A DNA stretch of 62,975 nt, filler included, from Octopus bimaculoides (taxonomy: Eukaryota), in assembly GCF_001194135.2 (NCBI RefSeq). It is 5 parts of 4 records of this genome, joined end to end, with 100 filler letters (N's around TTAATTAATTAA, not from the genome) between each part and the next. Parts side by side here need not be neighbours in the genome. Positions count along the whole stretch, not along the records: positions 31,780 to 58,491 come from NC_068983.1; 4 more parts are not named here. One strand, given 5' to 3'. Below, in pieces: positions 40,178-52,287 of the stretch. The notes beneath the pieces are model-generated. The model saw only the letters and a program-made list of their open reading frames with translations, was not told the origin of the DNA and made no database searches. The number at the start of each line of letters is the position of its first letter. Positions within the stretch are counted from its first letter, which is position 1. The position numbers and the translations under genes were made by a program.

Positions 40178-40663
40178 ATTGTGCGACACCTGTTTCTTTC
40201 TCTTTCTTTGCCACTCTTTTGCCTTCCTTCCACTCTCTTTCTCTCTCTTCCACCCCACTAATACATTACTTCTTCCTTCATTCTGACTTTCTGTCTTTCT
40301 CTCGTCTCCTATCTTACAGGACATTTTCATCTCCCCTTGCGTTACCCCACCTCAGTTTGACCTGCGACCGCACGGCTATTTTTGTTGTATACGTATGTTT
40401 TATTTTATCGTGTTTGTTTTCATCGTGGTCCAGTGCATTCGTTAGCTATCCTCAGAGACAAAAATCCACTGGCTGCATTAAGAGAAAACAGTAAAACCGT
40501 TAAAGGCGCGAAATTGTAAAGATCTTTTGGACGTTCGCTGATGATGAATAAGCTACGAAATCTCTGTTTATTGTTTTTCTAATATTTCCGTTTGTTGTGA
40601 TTTCGCTATATTATACACACACACACACATCTATATAAGGTGTGCAATACACGCACAAAAATG

Positions 40664-40696
<33 letters not shown>

Positions 40697-41468
40697 NNNN
40701 NNNNNNNNNNNNNNNNNNNNNNNNNNNNNNNNNNNNNNNNNNNNNNNNNNNNNNNNNNNNNNNNNNNNNNNNNNNNNNNNNNNNNNNNNNNNNNNNNNNN
40801 NNNNNNNNNNNNNNNNNNNNNNNNNNNNNNNNNNNNNNNNNNNNNNNNNNNNNNNNNNNNNNNNNNNNNNNNNNNNNNNNNNNNNNNNNNNNNNNNNNNN
40901 NNNNNNNNNNNNNNNNNNNNNNNNNNNNNNNNNNNNNNNNNNNNNNNNNNNNNNNNNNNNNNNNNNNNNNNNNNNNNNNNNNNNNNNNNNNNNNNNNNNN
41001 NNNNNNNNNNNNNNNNNNNNNNNNNNNNNNNNNNNNNNNNNNNNNNNNNNNNNNNNNNNNNNNNNNNNNNNNNNNNNNNNNNNNNNNNNNNNNNNNNNNN
41101 NNNNNNNNNNNNNNNNNNNNNNNNNNNNNNNNNNNNNNNNNNNNNNNNNNNNNNNNNNNNNNNNNNNNNNNNNNNNNNNNNNNNNNNNNNNNNNNNNNNN
41201 NNNNNNNNNNNNNNNNNNNNNNNNNNNNNNNNNNNNNNNNNNNNNNNNNNNNNNNNNNNNNNNNNNNNNNNNNNNNNNNNNNNNNNNNNNNNNNNNNNNN
41301 NNNNNNNNNNNNNNNNNNNNNNNNNNNNNNNNNNNNNNNNNNNNNNNNNNNNNNNNNNNNNNNNNNNNNNNNNNNNNNNNNNNNNNNNNNNNNNNNNNNN
41401 NNNNNNNNNNNNNNNNNNNNNNNNNTATATATATACATACATACATATATACATATATATATGTATAT

Positions 41469-41504
<36 letters not shown>

Positions 41505-43331
41505 GCATATATAAATATATATAAATATACATATACATATATGCATGTTTGTGTGTGTACAGTAGGAAAGAAAGAGAGACAAATAGGGAAAATAAATACA
41601 TATTTATGGCGGGAGAGGAAGTAGGTGAAAGTGAGCATATATAATATGTAACTATATAATATAGATTAATATAGATCAATCTTTTTTACTGAAATAACGA
41701 TTTTTCAAAATATCAAACTGTTTGATGGGAGAAATACAAATGTATCGTTTGATGTAGGGCTTCCGGAAGAAGAAATATAACTGTTCTGTTTCAGTAAAAC
41801 TCTAACGACCGCAGTTAACAGTTCACAAGATCAAGAATGAACGGTTTTACTCAAAGGCAAACTAAACCCTCCACTCCTTGTAGTTACTACTTATATCTAT
41901 CAAAACTTTTACGTCTTTCATGGCAGGAAAGAAAATTATACTACAGAACAAAGATGGAAAGTAAAAAAAAATAAAATAAAATAAAACAAAAACAGAAAAA
42001 TAAACTTGTAAATCATTGATTGTATCCATGCCTTGAGTGGTAGTTGGGTGTGTATGTTTCTCAATGTGTCTTGCACTGAGCATGCTTCCGAGTTCACGTG
42101 GTTTTTGATGAAACAGATTTTCAACGACAGATAAACATGATAAATCGTTATGTTTGAACGAGTCTCTGTTAAAGGGCGCTGTTAATTATAGTAAGTAGGA
42201 GAGGGTGAGATGGTGCATAATATACGTACACATACACAGAGGCATACATATATATAAAACTACATACATATACATAAAGAAAATCTGCCCAAATAAATGA
42301 GCCATGATACCACAAAACTCAACTTATAAATGACTTAACTGATGCTATCATGTGGTGCTACTAAGTTAGATATGGCGTGGGTCAATTTGTGGTCAAAACA
42401 TATATAAGTTTATCTGAATTTAAATTTTATGTAGAAATATATATATATATATATACATACGTGTGAGTGTGCGCGTAAGTATGTGTATGTATGTGTACAG
42501 ATATATATATATGTGCGTGTGTGTGTGTGTGTGTGTGCGTGTATGTGTGCATATATAGAGAGATAATGATGCAAATAAACAAATAAACACGCTTGGGATT
42601 CATATATAAATTATGCAGACATATAAACATGTAAATATATATGGGATATATATATATGGGATATATATATATATATATATANNNNNNNNNNTTCAAATGT
42701 GGAAAATATTTAGAAGATGAATATTCATGTACAGGCATTAAGATATTTATGTATTTACAGAACAGATTTATATGGAGTGCAAAATATACAGAACGGTGGT
42801 AGAAAAGGTATGGTATTTCAAGTCAGACATTTGTTTCTGGGGCCTCAAAAGTACGTAATATACATCTTTGGACCCTGAAAGGGGAGGCCGGATTTACAGT
42901 AATGCTTATATGAATCCACTTCTAGTTGCATATTCTTGGTATTTTTCATACCCAATCTGCTAACATTACAACTATTCTGAGCCTCCAAGAAAGAGCTGTC
43001 GGACCTGCAATTTAATACACTTTTCCTCTACTTTTCTTCATATTTCATCTCAAGTCCTTCAGTGCTTGCATTTTTCTCTGTCTATATATATTCCCATATA
43101 TATTCACATGTATATATGTATGTATGTTTTTATATATGGAGCCCAAATGTGATTATTTGGTTATTTGCGACGTTATCTCCTCATGAGCTAAAGTGTATTC
43201 ACCTTATAGGTTTTCTTTATCCTGCGGCCTTAATCTTCAGTAAAGGTTTTGGAGTTTAGTTTCTAATCATTTCAGCACTGTTTTGTATAATGAGTATCAC
43301 TGGATCTTACAAGTTGACTCTGTGCCCGGCC

Positions 43332-43363
<32 letters not shown>

Positions 43364-43931
43364 TGTATGTATGTATGTATGTATGTATGTATTTATATTT
43401 ATATTTATATTTATATTTAGAATAATAAGGTAGTTAGAATTTTGGATGATTGCATATATATATTTTATGTATTTACATCTAATTTACGCTTTTAGCGCTG
43501 TCTTCCGTTATCGGATTTATCAAAAAATAGTTGAAATTTAGATTTCTTGGCCTTAGATTTCTGGCGTTTGCCAAGATAGGGAGAAGAAAGAAGATGAAAA
43601 AATTCTTTTTTGTAAAGGTTGAGGAGGTAAAGAGGCGTGGATTTTGTATGGTCAGACCTGTTTGTTTAGTACTTACTGAACTTTTAAGGTGGGGGAGGAA
43701 AAAGAAGAGAAAAGAAAAAGAAATTTTTTAATTTAAATTGGTCAAGGATTTAACTGAAAAACCAGCTGTTGTATTTGACTTTCTTCAGTAAAAATTATAA
43801 TTGCATTTCCAGGACTTGCTATTTTGTGCTCATTAAAGAATAGTTGTATGGATGTGGTCAAGTTTTTTGATTGAAATTGTAGATGTTTTCAAAAGAGTGA
43901 TTTTTGAGTTCACTAAACGCGCACACATCAA

Positions 43932-43978
<47 letters not shown>

Positions 43979-44084
43979 TAGATATGTTTCGACCAAAGAT
44001 TGGTCCAGGCCATGTCTAACCTAATAGCACCACCTGATAGGATCATCTAAATAAATATACACATATGCATACATACACACGCTG

Positions 44085-44253
44085 GTGGAGGGGGCAGACG
44101 ATTAGATCGATCTCAGTACACAACTGATACTTAATTTATCGATTCCGAACGGATGAAAGGCAAAAATCGACCTCGGCAGAATTTGAACTAACAATGTTAA
44201 GACAGACGAAATAGCGCTAAGTATTTCGCCCGGTGCGCTAACGTTTCTGACAG
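44085..44253 (-). mobile_element. Meta-like SINE
   Basis: GGATGAAAGGCAAAAATCGACCTCGGCAGAATTTGAACT is the reverse core. Confidence 0.75.
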
Positions 44254-45665
44254 TATAATGCCTTCGAATACCTATGTCAATACACGTCTGTATGTATGTA
44301 TAAATGCAGATAAAGATATGAAGAGAAAACATCAGAATACAATAAAATCTATCGAAGTACAATTCCAATAAATAAAAAGGGTGACAGGAGAAATTTCGAA
44401 ATTTGCAGCTTCGTTAAGTTTAACTCTGGTTGTCCTACTTCTAATTTGTTTGCTGTATTTCGTCTGCTTCCTGCGCACGCACACGTGTGTGGGCGTTTTG
44501 TATCTTTATCGTTTACTCGATGTCAGGAATGATGTCAAATGACCAAGAAAGGTCATTAAAAGAAGTTGAAGTTTGTACAAATTTATATATACATGTACGT
44601 ACATACATACATGCAAACACTCACACATACATTCATGCATACACACATACAAACATATACGTGTATGGGGGGTATACATATGTTCATATATTCATATATA
44701 CATACATATAAATATATGTACATGCATATATATAAATAATTGAATATATGTATATATATATGTATATATATANNNNNNNNNNNNNNNNNNNNNNNNNNNN
44801 NNNNNNNNNNNNNNNNNNNNNNNNNNNNNNNNNNNNNNNNNNNNNNNNNNNNNNNNNNNNNNNNNNNNNNNNNNNNNNNNNNNNNNNNNNNNNNNNNNNN
44901 NNNNNNNNNNNNNNNNNNNNNNNNNNNNNNNNNNNNNNNNNNNNNNNNNNNNNNNNNNNNNNNNNNNNNNNNNNNNNNNNNNNNNNNNNNNNNNNNNNNN
45001 NNNNNNNNNNNNNNNNNNNNNNNNNNNNNNNNNNNNNNATATATATATACACAAACATACAAATATATATTTATTTATATATAGCACCTGAGATGCAAGA
45101 GAGAAAGAGAGAGAGTGTTTATGAGGGAGAAAGATGAGGTGAGTGAGCGATGTCTTAATGTACGTTATATGTATCAATTTCTTGTTTTAAACCTCACTTC
45201 ATAAAAAGCGCACATAAAACGCATCATTGAGTTTTTCTCTTGTAAGATCGTCATGCACTATTGCGAAGCAACTCAATTGCCAATATATATATATATATAT
45301 ACAAACATAAAATCTTTGCATCACAACCTGGCATTCATACATATATAATACGACTGCCCAAGATTTTATCTATTTACTTAAGCATTTCTCGCATTTTCTT
45401 ATATCTCTTTTATATTTCTTCGAGCATTAATAATGTTCCTATTTTCGTGAATATTTATGGACCCTAACAGTTTTATCTTATGTTTGGAATGATTATTGGG
45501 GCGTGTGTTTTCGTCATTATATTGTTGTCAGTATTCATGAAGTATAATACTCGAACCAAATGCACCCTGACTTTAAAACAGTTGAACATGTTTGAAAAAC
45601 TCCATAAAACAGAGCGCCACATCTATTAAACGCAAACATAAAAGAACATTAATATTAATTAAAGA

Positions 45666-45860
45666 TGGCGCCGAGCTAGCGGAATTGTTAGCTTACCGGA
45701 TAAAATACTTACCTGCATTTCGTCCATCTTTACGTTCTGTGTTCAAATTCCACCAAGGTCCACTTTGCCTTTTATCCTTTCAGGGTCGATAGAATAAGTA
45801 GCATTTGTGTACTAGGGTCGATTTAATCGACGTAACCCCTCCCCGAAATTGATCCAAAAT
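45666..45860 (+). mobile_element. Meta-like SINE
   Basis: GGCGCCGAGCTAGCGGAA head and GGTCCACTTTGCCTTTTATCCTTTCAGGGTCGAT core. Confidence 0.75.
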
Positions 45861-46384
45861 TTGAAACTAATATCAATTTAAGTTGGTGAATTGGCGGAGT
45901 TGTACAGCAACAGATATAATGTTTTATATTATATGTTATGGTCGTTTGCACTTTGAATCGAAATCCCGCTGAGATCAACTTGAGCATTCATACTTTCAGG
46001 GTCGATGAATAAAATGGTGCTCAAGCACTGGTGCCGTTATCGCCTCTCTTGCTTGATTCCGTTACTAGCTCTATAGTTTCCGCTGAACAAGTGCTGCTGA
46101 GAGTTCAGTACTTCTAAGTCATAGACCAATGGTTTCTCGCCTTTGAGAATATCTTTGCTGAAAGCCAAATTACAGGATTTCGTGTGTCATTTGTTGACAC
46201 CATATAACTTTTATCTTTCGTTTGTTTCAGTCAATAGACTGCGGCCATGCAGTGGCACCACCTTGAAGAATTTTAGTCAAGCGAATAGACTCCAGTACTT
46301 ATTGCTTTTAAAGCCTGTTACTTATTCATTTTGTTCTCTTTTGCCGAACCACTAAGTTGTGGAGACATAAACACACCTACATTA

Positions 46385-46735
46385 GTTCTGTATTTAAGAG
46401 ATGATGAATTGTGTACATTATTTACATTATTAACATTATTTACATTTGACGGATATTTGTCTTCATCTTGTTTGTTGTTAACACAACGTTTCGGCTGATA
46501 TATGCCCACGGGCATATGGCGTAGTGGTTATGAGCACGAGCTACTAACTCCAAGATACCGAGTTCGATTTCAAGCAGTGACCTGAACAATAATAATAGGA
46601 ATTAGAATCCAGGTTCGAAATTTGCCCAAGACACCTAAAGAAGACTGGAGGATATATCAACCGAAACGTTGTGTTAACAACAAGATGAGGACAAATATCC
46701 GTGGAATGTAAATAATGTAAATAATGTACACACAT
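46385..46735. mobile_element. Family 1 palindromic element (tRNA-like head + hammerhead arm), copy 1
   Basis: Left arm 46385-46500 is the reverse complement of the distal right arm. Central hairpin at 46500-46517, tRNA-like head at 46511-46582, (AAT)n, then HHR-like motif at 46630-46675. Confidence 0.8.
46630..46675 (+). ncRNA. Mutated minimal type I hammerhead
   Basis: GACAC-CTAAAGA-A-GACTG-GAGGATATAT-CAACC-GAAACGTT-GTGTT: G5 changed to A and two helix II mismatches. Confidence 0.55.
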
Positions 46736-46781
46736 ACACCAGTTGTCAAGTGGTGGTTGACGACAAGCACAAATGCACACA

Positions 46782-46883
<102 letters not shown>

Positions 46884-47488
46884 TACAAGACGGCCTTCTT
46901 TCAGTTTCCGTCTACCCAAACTATTCACAAAGTTTTGATCGACACGAGGCTATAATACTATACCCTTGTGAAGGTGACACGCAGAGGGACTGAACCTAGA
47001 TCCATGTGATTATGAAGTAACTTCTTAACGCACAGCCACGCGTGCGCCTGTGTGCGCATGTCTTATGTTATTGTGGGGTTGGATAAGCTTTGTGAGATTT
47101 CAGCTGTTCATGTTCTTTAACATCAGTCAATATATATCGAGTAGATATGTGATCAAAAGCCTTCCAATAACGACCTTCTACACATTTATATACTGTCCTT
47201 ACATCTATATTTTTGCTTTTACATCTATATAGTAAATTCGTCAGTCAGATGCCAGGCACATTATCTCAGAAGCATGTCTTCGGATTTTTAAGCTCTGAAT
47301 TCAAATTCAACCGAAGACAACTTAGTCTTCCATCTTTTTGTAGTCAATAGCATAAAGTACACACACACACGCACGCACACACACACACACACACACACAC
47401 GTTTATGCTCAAAGACGAGTCAAATTAACTCTAGGTTCTAATTGCTAATAAGCTACCCATTTTATTAGTTATATATATATATATATAT

Positions 47489-47534
<46 letters not shown>

Positions 47535-47569
47535 ACACACACACATACATATATATATGTGTGTATGAA

Positions 47570-47903
47570 GGCGCAAGGCTCAGTGGTCAGAGCGTCGAGC
47601 TTACGATAGTGAGGTTGTGAGCTTAATTCCCGGGACAGGCTGCGTATTGTATTCTTGAGCAAGACACTTTATTTCACGTTGCTCCAGTTCACTCAGCTGT
47701 AGAAATGAGTTGCGACGTCACAGGTCCCAAGCTGTATCAGCCCCTTTGCCTTTCCCTTGGATAACACTCGTTGCGTGGAGAGGGGAGGCCGGTATGCATG
47801 GGTGACTGCTGGTCATCCACAAAACAACCTTGCCCGGACTTGTGCCTGGGATGGTAACTTTCTAGGTGCAATCCCATGGTCAGTCATGACCGAAGGGGGT
47901 CTC
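47570..47903 (+). mobile_element. tRNA-derived SINE of a third family
   Basis: Head GGCGCAAGGCTCAGTGGTCAGAGCG; CTTGAGCAAGACACTT..CACTCAGCTGTAGAAATGAGT core; ends in (CA)n. Confidence 0.8.
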
Positions 47904-49150
47904 AGCACACACACACACACACACACACATNNNNNNNNNNNNNNNNNNNNNNNNNNNNNNNNNNNNNNNNNNNNNNNNNNNNNNNNNNNNNNNNNNNNNN
48001 NNNNNNNNNNNNNNNNNNNNNNNNNNNNNNNNNNNNNNNNNNNNNNNNNNNNNNNNNNNNNNNNNNNNNNNNNNNNNNNNNNNNNNNNNNNNNNNNNNNN
48101 NNNNNNNNNNNNNNNNNNNNNNNNNNNNNNNNNNNNNNNNNNNNNNNNNNNNNNNNNNNNNNNNNNNNNNNNNNNNNNNNNNNNNNNNNNNNNNNNNNNN
48201 NNNNNNNNNNNNNNNNNNNNNNNNNNNNNNNNNNNNNNNNNNNNNNNNNNNNNNNNNNNNNNNNNNNNNNNNNNNNNNNNNNNNNNNNNNNNNNNNNNNN
48301 NNNNNNNNNNNNNNNNNNNNNNNNNNNNNNNNNNNNNNNNNNNNNNNNNNNNNNNNNNNNNNNNNNNNNNNNNNNNNNNNNNNNNNNNNNNNNNNNNNNN
48401 NNNNNNNNNNNNNNNNNNNNNNNNNNNNNNNNNNNNNNNNNNNNNNNNNNNNNNNNNNNNNNNNNNNNNNNNNNNNNNNNNNNNNNNNNNNNNNNNNNNN
48501 NNNNNNNNNNNNNNNNNNNNNNNNNNNNNNNNNNNAGCATATTTTAATATAGATTTCTAACCGTCTTTCATTGCATGGCAAATTTTCAAGACGAGGGAGA
48601 AAGAAAATGGTTTTTACAAAAAAGTAAAAAATAATATATAAAAAAATAATATATAAAAAAATAAATATACCAATACATTATATTGTCTTTGAGCATTTAA
48701 AGTTCAATGGTAATCCATGTAGATAATAGTTGGAAAAATAAGGATGCATGAAATTGAGAGTTGTGTTAGGTTTAAAAAAAGAGAAAAGGGGCTAAAGGTT
48801 TATGTGTTAAGCAGGAAGTGTGGTGTCAAAACAGGAAGTTTATATATATATATATATATACTTATTCCCAGAATTTCAAACTTAGTGTGTGTGTGTATAG
48901 TAGACAGAATTATTGTTACAATGAAATGACAGAAATGTTACGTGTCGGATTAAATGTTTAGCAGTATTTATTTTCACTTTTTTCTTTCGGAGTTCAAATT
49001 CCGCTGATATCAACTTTAAATGGCAACCTGTCATGGTGGATAAATTAAAGCCTGTAATCAACTTCTCCCATTTCCCTAAAATCGCTAGCGCTATGCCAAC
49101 ATTTAAAACAATTATTACCATTGATATTTCATTATCTTAGCCAGCAAGAA

Positions 49151-49900
49151 GGCGGCAAGCTGGCAGAAACGTTAGCACGCCAGGCGAAATGCTTAGCGAT
49201 ATTTCGTCTGCCACTGCGTTCTGAGTTCAAATTCCGCCGCGGTCGACTTTGCCTTTCATCCTTTCGGGGTCGATAAATTAAGTACCAGTTACGTACTGGG
49301 GTCGATATAATCGACTTAATCCGTTTGTCTGTCCTTGTTTGTCCCCTCTGCGTGTAGTCCCTTGTGGGCAGTAAAGAAATAGGTATTTCGTCTGCAGCTA
49401 CCTTCTGAGTTCAAATTCCGCCGAGGTCGACTTTGCCTTTCATCCTTTTCGGGGTCGATAAATTAAGTACCAGTTACGCACTGGGGTCGATGTAATCAAC
49501 CTGATCCCCTTGTTTGTCCCCTCTATGTTTCGCCCCTTGTGGGCAATAAAGAAATAAGAAACGTTAGCATGCCGGGTGAAATGTTTAGCAGTATTTTGTC
49601 TGTCTTTACGTTTTGAGATCAAATTCCGCCGAGGTCGACTTTACCTTTCATCCTTTCGAGCTCGATAATTTAGGTACCAGTTCCGTACTGTGGGTCGATC
49701 TAATCGACTAGCCCCCTCCTCCGAAATTTCGGGGCTTGTGCCTAGAGTAGAGAAAAAAATCGTTAGCACTCCAGTGAAAAACTTAGCAACATTTGTTCCT
49801 TCTTTCCGTTCTGAGTTCAAATTCCACTCATGTCAACTATACCTTTTATCCTTCTGCAGTCAATAATATAAGTAGCAGCTGAGAACCAGTGTCAATTTCC
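49151..49900 (+). mobile_element. Head-to-tail array of four Meta-like SINE units
   Basis: CTGAGTTCAAATTCC (one copy TTGAGATCAAATTCC) plus core recurs near 49220, 49405, 49615 and 49810. A partial fifth unit lies at about 48985-49050. Confidence 0.85.
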
Positions 49901-50912
49901 GCCGAAATTGCTGGCGTTGTATCAAAATTGAAATCAAAATTTCATTATCTGATTGTATTTGTGTATGTTTGTAGGTTTTATGAATGTGTGTATTGTGTAT
50001 ATATACTTGCCTATACCAATATCAAATGCAATGTCGTCGTAAATATATCGAACGTAAGTCACCCGTCTGTGTTTTGTAAGTCGGCTTATTCTTCATAACA
50101 TTTTCTTTATTCTTTTGTTAACAAAGATTTCAAAACCATTCATTATATAGATTTCTTGAACAAATATATTAATTTCAATATGAATTAATCAGCTGAAAAA
50201 TATTTATCCTGAAATTTGCTTCTTTACATCCCATGAGCTTAACTGTCACGAGTCAATAATCGTCAAGATATCAAAATCTGTATATATTTGTTTGTCTTAG
50301 AAAATTTGAAATATTTATGGTTAAAGTTGAAAGTAGAATAAATTTTCAGTTTGTATGTATTGGTATATACTTCTGTGGTCATTCTTACATCTACATAGGA
50401 TGTGCAATGCAGCAGTCGTTTTAAGCCGATAAGTATGTTATCTTCGTTTTATAATTAATTGAATTGTTCCTGTACAGAAGGAGCTGTTTTCTAACTCAGC
50501 AGCAAAGCTCTATTGTTACAGCTTAGTTAACAACAATGATGAAGAGGTTTTGAATTAAAAAAAATTTTACGTTACTTTTATTGTTCAGCGTACTGCTTCT
50601 AATTAAGAAGTCCGAGGTAGTTGGTCTCTTCTTTTGCCTTGAAACACCAGTTTAGAGCGATTATTCTTAGAGATTTACTAATATAAACTAGAGCGCCAAT
50701 AACTATAAATTTCACTTTATAATCCAGGCGGAAGAGTTATATGTTCTGAAATGTTGACCAAAAATATTCTCATCTTCAGTCATTATTTTTAAAACAATGT
50801 TCAAATCTGAAGACAAGACCCCAGTAGTTCTATATTTAAGCGATGAAGAATTACGTACGTTATTTACATTATTTACATTTGACTGATATTTGTCCTCATC
50901 TTGTTTGTTGTT

Positions 50913-50958
50913 AACACAACGTTTCGGCTGATATACCTTCCAGCCTTTATCAGGTGTC
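50913..50958 (-). ncRNA. Minimal type I hammerhead with a single core change (G8 to A)
   Basis: GACAC-CTGATAA-A-GGCTG-GAAGGTATAT-CAGCC-GAAACGTT-GTGTT: 5-bp helix I, perfect 5-bp helix II, palindromic ACGT helix III. Confidence 0.7.
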
Positions 50959-51020
50959 TTGGGGGAAATCTCGAACCTGGGTTCTCCTTCTTAAGGTATT
51001 TTTCGATGTTGTTGTTGTTG

Positions 51021-51057
<37 letters not shown>

Positions 51058-51194
51058 CGTCACTGCCTGGAATCANNNNNNNNNNTATTATTATTATTAT
51101 TCACGTCACTGCCTGGAATCAAACTCGGAATCTTGGGGTTAGTAGCCCGCGCTCTAAACCACTACGCCATATGCTCACGAGCATAATAATAATG

Positions 51195-51234
<40 letters not shown>

Positions 51235-51307
51235 TAATGATTATGATGATGATGTTTACATCGAAAAATACCTTAGGAATGAGAACCCAGGTTCGAAATT
51301 TTCCCAA

Positions 51308-51336
51308 GACACCTGATGAAGCCGAAACGTTGTGTT
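51308..51336 (+). ncRNA. Minimal hammerhead with intact core but helix II deleted
   Basis: GACAC-CTGATGA-AGCC-GAAACGTT-GTGTT. The deletion lies between AG microhomologies relative to the opposite arm. Confidence 0.55.
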
Positions 51337-51987
51337 AACAAAAAACAAGACGAGGACAAATATCCGTCAAATGTAAATAATATAAATAGTGTAAATAAGA
51401 CTCCAGTAGGTACACATAATTTTTCTATCCTAACTTAAACAACATTATCAGACACGACTGCTTCGATTTGGAAAGGATATTGAAGCGAAAGCACGCTTTA
51501 TATTTATCTCTGCGCATTCTTTACTGTAGAAGTATTATATATTGTTTTGGTATCAACATTTTTCGTACCAACATTTTTCGTACCAACATTATATATTAGT
51601 TTGGTATTTTGAGTTCTTTCTTGTTTTATCCACGTCCTTATTTTAATCCAGTGGCTGTGTAGTGATTGTGGGTGAACTGTTGTTTATCTCCTTCATTTTA
51701 TCGCGCTTGCACACCCCTTCTTTAATCTGCATAAATATCGGATTTTTGGGGTATTCGGCTAAAGATATGTATGTATGTTTGTATTTATGTATGTATATAT
51801 GGATGGATGGATTGATGGATGTATTATGTCCATAGTTATGTATGAATGTATATAATACATTCATCGATCGATCGATCGATCAATCCATCCATCCATACAT
51901 ACATACATACATGTGTACATACCTACATAGATATAAATGCATGTATATATACATATACACCTATATATACACACACATACATACGTA

Positions 51988-52039
<52 letters not shown>

Positions 52040-52043
<4 letters not shown>

Positions 52044-52197
52044 TAGTTATCGCCAAGCCAACATGGCAGTCCCAAAATTAGGACGAAAGCTGCCGTGAAT
52101 TAGCTCCAAGAAGCCATCGCCTCTAGCTAGCTATGTGACACACGAAACCTGTGTCCTAATTTTGGGACTGCCATGTTGGCTTGGCGATAACTATTAA
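52040..52197. mobile_element. 158-bp MITE with perfect 45-bp terminal inverted repeats, TTAA at both ends
   Basis: TTAATAGTTATCGCCAAGCCAACATGGCAGTCCCAAAATTAGGAC (52040-52084) is the exact reverse complement of 52153-52197. Confidence 0.9.
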
Positions 52198-52250
52198 TTT
52201 CCAGTACCGCTGCCGTAGTCTCCTTTAGAGAGACTTAGAAATATTAATAA

Positions 52251-52287
<37 letters not shown>

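Larger units (their letters stand above)
50827..51400. mobile_element. Family 1 palindromic element, copy 2
   Basis: Arms 50827-51010 and about 51250-51400 are inverted. tRNA-like head on the minus strand at 51101-51176; central hairpin at 51170-51185; (AAT)n spacers. Confidence 0.85.

Noticed and set aside
40540-40570. CTGATGATGAATAAGCTACGAAATCTC, hammerhead-like spacing
   Set aside because: No convincing helix I, II or III pairing.
46511-46582. Possible functional tRNA gene
   Set aside because: A and B boxes are present, but the acceptor and anticodon stems are imperfect and it is fused to repeat sequence, so it is treated as a SINE head.
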